64,000 bases of DNA from assembly GCF_009914755.1 (NCBI RefSeq), contig NC_060943.1; one strand, written 5' to 3'. The notes beneath the pieces were generated by a model, which saw only the letters and a program-made list of their open reading frames with translations, was not told the DNA's origin and made no database searches. Source of the DNA: the human T2T-CHM13v2.0 reference genome, Homo sapiens. The stretch's first letter is position 1. The number at the start of each line of letters is the position of its first letter. The translations under genes were made by a program, and so were the position numbers. Below are positions 24,194 to 48,020 of the stretch, piece by piece.

Positions 24194-24867
24194 TAGTAGA
24201 GACAGGGTTTCGCCGTGTTAGCCAGGATGGTCTCGATCTCCTGACCTCATGATCCGCCCGCCTCGGCCTCCCAAAGTTCTGGGATTACAGGCGTGAGCCA
24301 CCGTGCCCGGCCAATGTGCATGTTTTGAATTCTTTCTCTATTCCAATTCTCCTGCCTTGATAAATCAGCTCTATATTGATGAGTAAGATGAACTTCTCCG
24401 GTGGTTTCAGGTCCTCCTGCCCTCCCGGTCCTGTTGCTCCGGCCCTGCCACCGTCCCCTGCGAGGGCTGCTCCATCGGCAACAGCTGCATGTTCTCTGCC
24501 CCCAGTGAATGCTCATTGGTGATATTTGCATAGGGACACCCCATCGGCCTGACAGACAGTTTCTCTGAACTGCGCTGAGACCTGGCCCCTCACCTGTTTA
24601 TCCTCACATTGGAATTCTGTTTTGGTGTTTGCTTTTTGGAGGACTTGCATGATAACACTGTTTTACGAATGAGGAAACTGAAACACGAAGGCACAGAGGG
24701 GTTAAGTAACTTACCTAAGGTTACGCAGCTGGTAAGGGATTTAAATGGGATAGTCTCACTGCAGAATCAGTACCCTTAACCATCGCGCTATGAGCGAAAG
24801 AGACAATGAGAGAACCAAATCAAGATAAAAAAGAACATCCTTATCTTGATTTTGTGGTCTCCCTGAA

Positions 24868-27152
<2,285 letters not shown>

Positions 27153-27483
27153 CTATTTCCAAATAAGGCCACATTCTGAGGTCCTGGGGACTAAGAGTTC
27201 AATATATTGGGGTTGCACAGTTGAATTCATCTCATTGTTTAGGCACGGGGACCAACCTGTCATACCCCATCAACCATCAAATGCGGCTGCTCTCTGGGAA
27301 GGGGGAATAACCTTGGACAAAATAGCTCCCTTAAGCCTGGGAAAGTTCCAGAAGAGGGACTCAGTTGTCCGCCCCCAGAAGACAACTTTCCTGGAAGTTG
27401 GAAGAGTGAGCACTTGGTTCTGAAGAGGTGATCTGGGTGGTGCATGACAGCATCCACGACAGTGGATGTGCCGTGGCTCTTGC

Positions 27484-27783
27484 TGCATCCACTACAGCAT
27501 CCACTACAGCATCCGCTACCTCCACCTCAATATCCACTGCCTCCACTAGAGCATCCACTACCTCCACTACAGCATCCACTACCTCCACTACAGCATCCAC
27601 TACCTCCACTACAGCATCCACTACCTCCACTACAGCATCCACTACCTCCACTACAGCATCCACTACCTCCACTACAGCATCCACTACCTCCACTACAGCA
27701 TCTGCTACCTCCACTACAGCATCATGGATCCACCACAGCAATCACCACATCTACTACAGCATCCACTACAGAATCCACTACAG
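27484..27783. repeat. 21-bp minisatellite (GCATCCACTACCTCCACTACA)n
   Basis: Seven perfect copies at 27551-27697 plus degenerate flanking copies. Confidence 0.92.
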
Positions 27784-28254
27784 TGACTCCAACACAGTGG
27801 CCTCCCACTCCTGGGGTTATGCTTCAGGAAATGGGTCAGCAACCTCTAAGGAGCCTGGAGATCAACAGTTGAGAACATTAGACCATGGACTCATAGTCTA
27901 AACCACCCACCAACTATGTCAGCCCTATTAAAATTATGGCTTCCCTCTTTTGTGAAGTACTTTGAAGATGTTTTCTCTCACTTGTGTACTATCCTGATGA
28001 CCACTGTCTCATCTGTGGTCATGCAGAACACACATGGAGCAGAGCCAAGGCCAGAATTTGCATTTCCTGGCTCCCAAGTCTGACTGTCTCAGCAACCCAC
28101 ATCCCCATTCTAACCCAGAGCCCAGCCAGAGTTCCTCCTCTGGTTGTGAGGCTGTGGTCTATGAAACCAAAGCCTGTGCCTTGCTTTCTCAGCCTGTCAG
28201 GGTCTTACCACTGGGTAGGAGCCTTGGATGAAAGGACAGGCAGACAGATAAATT

Positions 28255-28470
28255 GATGGACAGACAAGAAGAGGGATAGATGATGGATGGATGGATGAAT
28301 GGATGGATGGATGGATAGGTGGATGGATAAATGGATGGATGGGTGGATGAATGGACAGGTAGGTGGATAGATGATGAATGGATAGACAAGATGGATATAC
28401 AGACAAATGGGTGGGTGGATGGATAGAAAGGAAGGAAAGAAGGACAGATAGATGGATGGGTGGATGAAGA
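28255..28470. repeat. (TGGA)n/(TAGA)n simple repeat
   Basis: Imperfect ggatggatggat/gatagat run. Confidence 0.88.
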
Positions 28471-28479
28471 GAAGGCAAT

Positions 28480-29720
<1,241 letters not shown>

Positions 29721-29767
29721 CAGAGATCCAAGGGTAGTAGCCAGCACTGGAAATGATCCTGAGGCAT

Positions 29768-30860
29768 CAGATAATGATGAAGATAATGATGGTGATGATA
29801 AGAATGACCATGATGGCGATGATAGTGATGGTAATGAGGGTGATGGTGATGAGATGGTGATGATGATGATGGTGATGAAGATGGTAAGGATGGTGATGAT
29901 GATGATGGTGATGGTGATAGGATGGTGATGATGGTGATGGAGATGGTGATGATGGAGATAATGATGATGGTATAGTGATGGTGATGGTGATGGTGATGAT
30001 GATGGTGATGATGGTGATGATTATGATGGTGATGATGGTGATGATGGTGATGGTAATGATGATGGTGAAGATGGTATGGTGATGGTGATAATGGTGGTGA
30101 TGATGATGATGGTGATGATGGTGGCGATGGTGATGATGATGGTGATGAAGATGGTGATGATATAATGATGATGAGGGTGATGGTGACGATGGTAATGGTG
30201 ATGAGGATGGTGATGATACTGATGATAATGATGAAGGTATGGTGATGGTGATGATGGTGATAGTGGTGATGATGTTAATGATGATGGTGATGATGACAGT
30301 GATGGAGATGATGATGACGCTATAATGATGATGAGGGTGATGATGGTAATGAAGATGGTGATGATGGTGATGATAGTGATGATGATGATGGCAGTGCTGA
30401 TGATGGTGATGATGACAGTGATGGAGATGGTGATGATGATATAATGATAAGGGTGATGATGGCGATGGTGATGAGGATGGTGACGATGGTGATGATAGTG
30501 ATGATGATGATGATGGTATGGTGACGATGGTGATGACCGTGATAATGATGGTGATGATGATGATGACAGTGATGGATATGGTGATAATATAATGATGATG
30601 AGGGTGATGGTGATGATGGTGAAGGTGATGAGGATGGTGATGATGGTGATGATGGTGATGATACTGATGATGATGGTATGGTGATGATGGTGATGATACT
30701 GACGATGATGGTGATGACGGTGATAATGATGATGGTGATGCTGATGACAGTGATGGAGATGGTAATGATGATATAATGATGAGGGTGATGGTGATCACGA
30801 TCATGATGGTGATGATGATGATGATGATGGTGATAATTATGATGGTGATGATGTTAATGC
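29768..30860. repeat. ~1.1 kb (GAT/GGT)n trinucleotide-based repeat with higher-order units
   Basis: gatggtgatgat throughout; explains the spurious His/Ile/Ser ORF 29767..30882. Confidence 0.93.
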
Positions 30861-31342
30861 TGGTGGAAGCAACAGCTGACACATACTAAGTGCTTACTGT
30901 GTGCCAGGCAACTTCTTTTAACTGAGGTATAATTTACATACAATAAAAGGGATAGGTTTTAAGCGTACAGCTCAGTGAACTGATAAATGCATATACCCAT
31001 GTATTTGCTACCTCAGTCAAGGTACAGAACATGTCCATCACCCCAGAAAGTTCCCATGTACCCCTTTCACAACCAAGATCCCGTTACCCCCACCATAGGA
31101 AACCCATGATCTGGTTTCTGTCACCATCAATTACTTTAGCCATGCCCTGTGTAAGTGCTTTACACACACCACAAATTTATTTTATATCCCGCAACACCCG
31201 TAAGGAGCAGGGACCACTGTCATCCCCATACACAGGGAGATTCGTACAACTAATCATAGGAGAGCCATGGTTCAAAATGAGGCAGAGGGCTTCCGGGAGC
31301 TGACTTGAGCCACTAAGACAAATATAATATTTTGGGGGTCAG

Positions 31343-32388
<1,046 letters not shown>

Positions 32389-33608
32389 TGAGTCAGCTGA
32401 GTCCAGTGGGCGAAGGGGAAGTTGTTAAAATGCAAGTTCCCAGGCCCTGCCCCATAGATGCTCATGGAGGAGGCCTGGGTGTGGCTTAGACAGACACACC
32501 TTTGTTTTTAATAAGTGGGATTCTGATAAGCACCCAAGGCCCAGGAGGAAGCTCCAGGAACCCAGTGCAGACACTCCCCACTCCAGGCCAGGGCGCCAGC
32601 TACCCTGCTAAAAGGTGCTGTGATCACTTGGCCAGGGCTTTCAAGGAATCCAAGTGGCTCCTCTGCACAGAGACCACACGGCCGTCCACCCTCCCTGAGA
32701 CTGATGCCTTCCTTGATGAGCTTTCCTTGGAAGAAAAACATTTTCCATTTTCCAAGAGACTCACATTGAATTTCACAAACCCAGGGAAGCAGAATTTACG
32801 CTGCCACCACAGCCGATAAGCAGTAGCATCAATTTCTTGGAGAACAGGGAACTTGGAGGGACTTGGGGATATGGGAATGTCCATCCTGAAGGGAGCATGA
32901 GAGATCAATGTTACCTCATTTAATCTTTGCCATGGTCATATAAGGTAAGGTCTATCGTCAATAATAGGAGGGTAGGGCCTCTGTGGGCCATGATCAGCCT
33001 GCTAGCTGGATGGCAGAGAACTGGGAGCAGAAAGGAGGAGGGGAGAGAGCTGGAATGACCATTGGGATTCCAGAGCCCAGGGTTAGGACCACCGCCCTTT
33101 GTAAAACCAGCCACTTAGCCAGTTAGTTGCTTTGTGTGTCTTCAGGCTAATTTAACAACCCCATACTGCGGAACTCTGGGCCAGAGTTTGGAGGAATGTG
33201 AAGAATTCAGACGCAACTTTCATGCAGCCTCTGGAAAGCTCCCAGGATAATGGGGAAACACACACATTCAATAACCTCAACTTTCGATGGCCCAGCTCAG
33301 AACACTGCCAGCTGGAGGTAGGTGGTCTGGAGAAATCCAGAGACCGCCTGGAGGGGTTGGGGATTGAGTTCCATTGCCTTTGGGAGGGAGAGAGATTCCA
33401 CAGCCCACATACTTTGCACTTTAGCTAAGGTCAACCCCTCCACCTGTGCCGTAGATCTCATCGTCACTTGTTTGCTTAAGGACATAGAGCTAGTGATCCC
33501 CTGCCTTCATCTCTTTTCCCTCTGATGACTGGATTATCCCTGTCATCATCCATACTGCTATTTCTCCCATCTCAAAAACAAGGAATAATAATAATAATAG
33601 GATGGTAA

Positions 33609-33947
<339 letters not shown>

Positions 33948-35329
33948 TGAGCCACCGCGCCCGGCCCACTTTTATATTATTAAAAAAATATTATAATAAT
34001 GATAGGAGGGTAAAGGAGTGGAAGATTATTGCAGGATTGGACTCTAGTTGGTTCACATCACCTTTTATCTGCATCCTTGGACAGTCCTCTCCAAAGCTGA
34101 CTCTGGGTTTGGCCATGGGACTTACTTTGGGCAATGGGACAGTAGCAAATACCACACGAGCAGAAGTTTGGAAAATATTTACATTTGGGGGCTTTTTGTT
34201 CCTTCCGACTGGGTATCCCTGCAACCACCACCATATGAACAAGCCTGAGTGAACCTCCTAGAAGACAAGCAATCCTGGCTCTCCCAGCAGAGGCCTCAGC
34301 ACAGGAGAGAGGCTGTTCCCGGAAGAACCACCCAACCAACACATAGAACTGTAAGAAACAGGCCAGGCACCGTGGCTCATGCCTGCAATCCCAGCACTTT
34401 GGGAGGCCGAGGCGGGCAGATCGCTTGAGAACAGTAGTTCGAGACCAGCCTGGGCAACATGGCGAAAACGCGTCTCTACTAAAAATACAAAAATAATCAT
34501 CATAATGATAATAATAAGGCTGGGTGTGGTGGCTCACACCTGTAATCTCAGCACTTTGGGAGGCTGAGGCGGGCGGATCACCTGAGGTCAGGAGTTTGAG
34601 ACGAGTCTGGCCAACATGATGAAACTAAAAATACAAAATTAGCTGGGAATGGTGGTACATGCCTGTAATCCCAGCTACTTGGGAGGCTGAGGCAGGAGAA
34701 TTGCTTGAACCCGGAGACAGCGTTGCAGTGAGCTGAGATTGCACCACTGTCCTCCAGCCTGGGTGACAGAGTGAGACTCCATTTCAAAAAACAAACTAAC
34801 AAAAACAAAAACCAACAAACAAAAAAAGAAAATAAATAAACAGTTGCTGTTTTAAGCCACTCAAGAAAGACTATTCAAAAGGCTTTCAATCCCATGGTCT
34901 AACCCATGGTCACTCACCTGTCCACCCAACCTGGGACAGGTCTCCACTCCCAGGATGACATTGAAAATACTTAACATATGAGTTTCCCGCATGTCAGAAT
35001 AGAGCAAGATCTTGAAGGTTCATTGGTATTCTCGGAGTGAACCCTTTAGTGGTTGGACCATGGGGAGGTCTGGGAGCCCTTGGGGAAGCGCTTACTTACC
35101 AAATGGTATGGAAATAGTGCAATATTTAAACCACCAGTTTGGCCATACAAGTATGTCCCTACGAGTCATCAACTCTGCTGGTAGCAACTATTTAACCTCC
35201 CTTTTCATGTGTGGAAGAATCTAGGTGTTTTTCTCCTCTAAAAAAAGGCACCTACATATTCCAAGAGGTTTTCCTTAACACAGCCCAACTCATAGCCACA
35301 TCCCCCGACCACACGACAGGTCCTTACCG

Positions 35330-35382
35330 GGACACCACACAAAAACAAGCGTATTCTCAGATAATTTAATCAGAATTTTAAT
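35330..35382 (-). terminator. INSR: INSR distal polyadenylation site
   Basis: Minus strand reads ATTAAA (35377-35382) attctg ATTAAA (35365-35370), then ttgtttttgtgtggtgt as a GU-rich downstream element. Confidence 0.7.
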
Positions 35383-37751
35383 ATAAACAGGTCATTATCC
35401 CATATTTTACATGCAGAACGATTTCAATATTCCAAAAAAAAAGGCGTCTTCTGTACATGGTGCTACTTGGCTCTTGTAGGAAAACATTGAAAAAATAATA
35501 ATTGAGCTGTTGGGGGGTTTTGTGTTTCTGAGTTGTTTTCTGCAAAAGCTGCAGCACATTTGATCCTGCGTTGCCAACGCACAGGGCCGAGGCCACCCAG
35601 GCACACAAAGGGACGAGGAGAAGCAACTTTCAGGCAAAGTGTAAAGACTAAACAAGCTGTTCCTGAATATGTGCATGGGTGCACACTTATTTTGAGGCTC
35701 TTCCTTCCTTCTCCAATGGGACCAAGAGCCCCAGATTTGTGATCTGGTTTTTAACAAGGATTTTCAGTGGCCCGCACCCAGATAGAAATTTGGCTGGTGG
35801 CTGGTTCTGGACCTTGACTAGTATCAGAAGGTAAAAGTAAGCTCAAAAAGCCATTGTGTCCCCTCCCCTCACTCCCATTTCTCGGGGACCCTTAAGGAAA
35901 TATTCACCTTCCATTGCACTCCCTGAAAGTCCACCATGTTCTTTTGTATGTTCTAGGAAAAAAAAAAGTGCTGACCTGTTCTTTTCATTCCCAACCTCAC
36001 CTCGCATATAAATTAATATTCTGAAGAACATGCTGGAAGATTTTCTGAAGTGACACCCCTCTCTGTGTACCATGTATATAAAATCGGCATTCCCTGTTCC
36101 CCATCCTCAACAAAACCATTGTTTCTGAAGAGCCTAAGGTGTCAAGGACTCACCAGGTGACATTCAAAGGACATTTAACCCTAAACTTCCACCCACTGTG
36201 AAGGAGAGAAATGATTAGCACTGGGACTACAGCACATCCATTTACCGGATGACCAGCGCAAGTCATATGCTGATGACGCTCCTGCTCTTTCACACGTGTT
36301 ACAGCAGACTACAAATAAACACCTCCCAATCCAATAAGCACATTTCTTGGTGGACTACCTGCCCTGCTAGGATACAGTGAAAGATCTGTCTGTCAGTTGG
36401 TAACATAGTCCCCAGGGTCACAGGATGACCTATGCAGACCCTTGTGTCAGTTCCCACAGCTTCTCTCAATCATCCTCAGCCTATATCCAGACAAGCAGCA
36501 GTGCTTCTCTTTCTCACTGCTTCCAATGATGAAACAGCACCTAGGACAGCTCCTAAAACCTGAACATTTTCTGATGCGTATTTGACATCACTGATGCAGA
36601 GAGAAAGTGATGTGCTTGGTATTCTCCTCCTGGAAGAAGGAACTCCTGTGTGGCTTTCACTACATTAATGAAAAGGGTTTTAATCATAGTGAGACATCTT
36701 TAAGAACAAGCAACAAAAAGTGTTATCCTAAGCTGGTTTTGTTGCTTTTTGTTGTTGTTGTTGCAACTTAACACTACAAACTCCCAGGACAACCGTGTCT
36801 TTCTAGGACCAAAGTTTTATTGTTACAAAGTCAACATTTCCTAATGTCAAAGGAGGTTTGCAACCCAATAGCTGTTTGCTCTTTTCACTGTGGCAGTAGA
36901 GTCAAATAAATGAAACTGGTGAATCCCATTTGCAAGGGGCAGGCCCAGCACACCCTACCTTTCTCCAGGGCAGGTGGAGAAAGGTGAGTCTGCAAGGGCA
37001 GTGCCTAAAAGTACAAGAGCAGCAAGATTTGGGCCCCACTGGTCCTGCCTAGACTCTCACATGGGTTATCAAAGCTGCACAAGGTCCAATAATATCAGCT
37101 TGAGGTCAGTCAAACCCCAACACAGAGGTCCAAGGTGTTGTTGCAAAAAAAAAAAAAAAAAAAAAAAAGCGTTCAGCACATTAATGGGTTTTGGATTGGA
37201 ATTTCCCTCACATGCTCCCATCCCACTTGGAGAATTTAAAAAGACATTGCATTAGGTGTTTGTGTGTAAGGTGCATCACCAGCCTGAAAGGAGTGGGCAT
37301 AAACCATCAGGGAGCCCAGGGCACCTTTGTGCTCACTTCAGGGGGATTCCATGGAACAGGTGGGAATGCTTGTTCTGAATCAAAGCCCGTCTTTGCCCCG
37401 GCAGCCATCTCTCACCAAAGGAAGGTACACCTTGCTGGGTTACCCCATATATCAGATACATCATGACAGCCTGGAACTTAGTTTATGTTTGGGGAACATA
37501 GTGACAATAGATGGAGGATTTTTTTTTAAAGGAAGATTAAATTCAGAGAAGAATATTACCAGCCAGGAAGAAAAGGATCTATGCTCGCATAAAGGCCATA
37601 CCTTCTCCATCCCAACTCCCTCCCTCAAAATTCTTACTGGTCCCTGGCATTCGAATCAGCTGATACACACGTTCCCTGATTCAGACCGGTTCCAGGTAGA
37701 ATTCTGAAATCTCAAAGATGTCCATGATTGAATCACATCTTAACAATACAC

Positions 37752-37759
37752 TGAGGTAG
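37752..37759 (-). promoter_or_regulatory. let-7 family 8mer seed site (CTACCTCA) in the INSR 3' UTR
   Basis: + strand TGAGGTAG is the let-7 5' end; INSR is an established let-7 target. Confidence 0.65.
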
Positions 37760-37806
37760 ACTGTGCTGAAAAAAGAAAATCACTATCCCCCATTCACCTG
37801 TTTATT
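37760..37806 (-). terminator. Candidate proximal INSR poly(A) site
   Basis: AATAAA on the minus strand at 37801-37806, followed by U-rich gattttcttttttcag. Another AATAAA lies at 36816-36821. Confidence 0.5.
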
Positions 37807-39794
37807 TTTCTTTGATAAAAATTTACATGCGCTCCATTTTTTATGAGAGTGATTTTCAGAGTGATTTTATATATTAAAATAAATACTTTTTCCCCTAATA
37901 TAAGAAAAACCTTTCTGAATTAGAAAAATGTGAAAATTGCAGCTAGTGTAGTATACAACCACTACAAATTTACTAAGAAGAGAACAAAATACCTAGTTCT
38001 ACGTGTTTTTTTTTTTAAATTTAGGTACAGACCCTCATATTTACAAAATAAATTTGGCAAAAATAATTTCTGTACTCTTGCTTCTTGTACCCAATCACTG
38101 AGGCTCCTCAGCAATATTTTTACATGCTGTATTTTCCCGAATCATATAAATAAGATAGCAATAGACAATTGGGATTCATGTCTACCTGTGTTCTTAATCA
38201 AGAATTGAGAGGGCTTGGAGGTTGCCATTATGACTCTATCCCATTCTTAAGCCCACAACTCTTAAGAGAAGAAGAAAAGGAAGCAGTCAAAAAGTTGTAA
38301 GAAAATGCACTCAGGAATAACGCATGGGCGATGATTTTTTGATGAACCAAAGTGATGAGTTCACTGTGTTCTTTGAGCAGCTGTGGTGGTTCTTTTTGCA
38401 AAGAGAAGAAACGGTGGATTCACGCCCATTCGGAAGTTCTTGGTGGTGTGTAAGGTCTTTTTCACGGTTTCTCCTCCAGACTCTACTCTCTTAGGGATTG
38501 CAACACTGTAAGCACCTGAGCATTCAGCTCAGGCACCACACCTGGCCCAGATGAGGTCACCGGGCTCAGAGCAGCTTCCGGGAGTTCAGTACTGAGGACC
38601 GTCAGATGCTCTCAGGGTGGAGGGGACCAAGACGTACTCTCAGTGCACCTCTCTCTTACATTGCTTAGATGTTCCCAAAGTCCATCCAGGTTGTTGTGCT
38701 TTGGGATCTGACGTTCTTGGGTTTGCACAATAACGGTTAGGATGTTCACACCCGGGAGAGGAAACGCCACAAGAGGTACACACAGAGAATCAGAGGATGA
38801 ACACAGGTGTTCTTGAAGGCAGGCTCAGAGCTAGGTAGCTACCAGCTTATCCGAACAGGAACCTTCCAGCAGACCTGGTACCTGAACCAGACCATCCATA
38901 AAACCTAGTCTCTCACACACTCCACGTGGCCTCACAACATCCAAAAGTGTTAGCAGCGAACATGGCTTCATTCCCAGAAATGGATGCCTTTAAGACCAAA
39001 CAAAGAGGCCACTTGTGCCTGACTCCCTCCCCTTCCCGGCCCCACAACAGGCAGACCAACTCATGTCCCCACTCCCCGCCAACCCCGGGGAATAGTCAAT
39101 AACTTATGAGGCTAATACCAGAGACTTTAAAAATTAAATATGGTACAAATATATTCTCAAAACTCTGTCATCTCAGTTCTTTTTTTTTTTCCTTTTTCCA
39201 TTTTGTTTTTTCTTTCTTTTTCTTTTTTTTTTTTTTAATGTCCTAGCTTGGTTTGGTCTTGAAAAGATTCATAATCACTCCAAATGAAATGCTCCTCCCT
39301 TGGCCACCAATGTGAAGGGAGGGTAGAAACCTGAGGCTAGACTTCTGACACAAGAAGAATCTGTCGAGAGCACAGTCTCCCAGTCAATAAGAAGGAAGGA
39401 GAGAGGGGGATGAGCTCGCACCCTTGAGAAGAACCTTCATGAGCCAATTCCCAAAGCATCAACTCCGCATGGATACTTTGCACACACATCAGCCGTGTCT
39501 AATGGACACACACACGTGCATACACACGTGAGCACACGCCGGGACCACAGACCCTTATCCAAAATATGAAAGCAGCAGCTATTGGTCAATTTGAGGAACT
39601 CATTTTGTAAAGAAAAAAAAAATCCTTCAGCCTGGATGAGAGAAAAAAAAAAAACCAAAAAAACCATCTTGAAGCTCAACCTGTAAAACTTGAAATTCTC
39701 CTGGAACAGGGCTGGGTGTTTTTGTTTTGTTTTTTCTTTCGAACTTTTGTTCCACAAACAGGAAGTTTTGTCTTTTATACTGAAGCTCAGACAC

Positions 39795-39831
<37 letters not shown>

Positions 39832-40162
39832 ATTTGTAAAAACAGGTGCTTTCTTTCCATCTGCTGGGGGCGGGTGGGGGAACGAAAAAACACAAAATCC
39901 TGGTTTGAAACCGTCGTTGCCCCAAAGGAGCAGCAACTGTGGAAACCCCTTGCCCTCCAGGTTCACAGTTAAATCCTCTGCAGGACTAGTTAAATTGGTA
40001 ACCAAACGAGTCCACCTTAAGATGAACAGAAATGTATAGGAACGATCTCTGAACTCCACTGGACATGGTAGAGTCGTGAGAATCCTGAGTTTTCCAGAGG
40101 CTTTCAAACCAGAGGAAAGCGAAAATGGGAACCCCTGCCCGCCCCCGCCACGGTAGGCACTG

Positions 40163-42046
<1,884 letters not shown>

Positions 42047-42554
42047 TTAACAGGCAAACAGGTCTCTCTCCCCCAACCCCAGGTCTCCAGTTCCCTTCTC
42101 CCAAGATAACTACCGCTATAGGTGTTTTGTGCAACCTTCCAAAGATACAATATGCAAGAAAATCATATGATTTGTGAACACAAGCAGGCAGGTAAAGACA
42201 TAATATGTAAACATGTGTGCTTATAATATGTAAATGAGGTGTACATGTGCCATGATATGCTGATGCACACAGAAACATATAATATGCAAACATAAATACC
42301 TATGTAAATATATAATATGCAAACGTAAGCGTACATGTAGCACATATGGGAACTCAAGTGTGTGTACCACAATGCAATATGCAAATGCAAGCATGCATGT
42401 AAAGACAAGCTATGCAAACACAAACACACCTGTAACATACAGCATGCAAACACGGTGAGCGTGTAGACATAGGAAAGGCAAAACCAAGCACACGTGTAAA
42501 GGGCAATACCCTTTCAACGAACACCTCACACACCTTAAACCCTTTCTACACTTA

Positions 42555-42728
<174 letters not shown>

Positions 42729-42732
42729 TTAG

Positions 42733-43025
42733 ACACACACACACACGCGCGCGCGCAAACACACACACGCAAACGCACACACACACGCAAACACACATGC
42801 CAACACATACATGCAAACACACACATGCAAACACACACGCACATACACGTGCACACACATGCAAATACACACAAACACGCATGCGCACACATGCACACAC
42901 AAATATGCAAACACACAAACACATATACACACACACACACCCAAACACACACACGCACACATGCAAACACACACAAACACACATATGCACACACATACAC
43001 ACACAAACACACACACAAACACATC
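42733..43025. repeat. Imperfect (CA)n compound repeat upstream of INSR exon 21
   Basis: cacacacacgcgcgc...acacacaaac; reads as (UG)-rich on the INSR pre-mRNA. Confidence 0.9.
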
Positions 43026-43088
43026 TCTTGGTTTCTAGAACATGGTTAGCCACTTAATAAAACAATTCATGCTGCAGTTCATAAATGC

Positions 43089-43537
43089 TGTGAAAGGAAA
43101 ATCAATTTGGGGCTCCCAAATCACTAAACTCAAGGAAAAAGTCCAGCTAGGAACTGCTTGGACAAACCTGCTTCCCATTCTATTCAGAGTCCCCACTCTG
43201 CTCACTGAGATACCTGCATATCTGATTGGCTCCTTTGGAGAGGCGCATCAGAAACTCAAAAGAATGCAACCATTTGTCTCTTATCTACCTACAACCTGGA
43301 AGCTCCCTCCCCACTTCGAGTTGTCTCGTCTTTCCAGACCGAACCAATGTTCATCTTATATATGTTGACTGATGTCTCATGTCTCCCTAAAATGTATAAA
43401 ACCAAACTGTGCTCTGACCACCTTGGGCACCTGTCCTCAGGACCACCTGAGGCTGTGCCACGGGCACACGTCCTCAACCTTGGCAAAATAAACTTCCTAA
43501 ATTAACTGAGACCTGTCTCAGATTTTCGGGGTTCACA
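43089..43537 (+). mobile_element. MER4A-type solo LTR in INSR intron 20, antisense to INSR
   Basis: TGTGAAAGGAAAAT...GGGTTCACA, TATAAAA and AATAAA, TSD ATGC at 43085-43088 and 43538-43541. Confidence 0.8.
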
Positions 43538-43717
43538 ATGCCTACAGGATTAGTCAGGACATAAGAGTAGCCGTGGGAAGATCCTAAGACAGGACGCTGC
43601 CTTCCTTTCCTTGATGGGGCGTCCAGGAGGATGGCAGGCTTCCTTCCCCCGCTCTTGGCTCTCACTAGCACCTGGAATTCAAGCCCAGCGTCCATCCACC
43701 CATCCACACACAACTCA

Positions 43718-43882
<165 letters not shown>

Positions 43883-44094
43883 TCAGCCTTGGTCCTAGCA
43901 TCTGCCACCTTGACTGCCCCACCTCTCACAGAGCCCTAAGAGGGGTTCACCTGGCCCACGTCTGCGCTCACCTGGGTGGTGGCCAAATCCAGTAAGAATG
44001 GATTCTGAGGGTACGCATGGGGAAGTGAAGGGGGAAGATGGGCTACTGTTTAAAGGGAGGGAAAAGAAGGTACCAAATCACAAAGAAGCTACAT

Positions 44095-45590
<1,496 letters not shown>

Positions 45591-45691
45591 AAAGAAGTAC
45601 TTGCCCCTTTATATTATCAGAAAAGACTTAACGGCTCATTATAGACAACTTCCTTCTGAAATCAAACCTGGCCTGGGTCGTTATGTTTTCA

Positions 45692-45871
<180 letters not shown>

Positions 45872-45901
45872 CTAAAACAGAAACACGGGGTTGGTGTTTC
45901 A

Positions 45902-47967
<2,066 letters not shown>

Positions 47968-48020
47968 TCAGGTGGACCTCTATGTGGTCCTGGGTTACAA
48001 AGGTGCCAGGAAAAAGCAAG

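Larger units (their letters stand above)
35355..40162 (-). other. INSR: INSR 3' UTR (~4.8 kb, Alu-free)
   Basis: Follows the stop codon and is free of Alus, unlike its flanks. Ends at paired ATTAAA signals with a downstream GU-rich element. Confidence 0.8.

Noticed and set aside
27361-27901. Mucin-like S/T ORF and Val/Asp ORF
   Set aside because: Both derive from the 21-bp minisatellite; no signal peptide or exon structure.
29767-30882. 371-aa His/Ile/Ser-rich ORF
   Set aside because: Translation of a (CAT/CAC)n simple repeat with no splice or promoter context.
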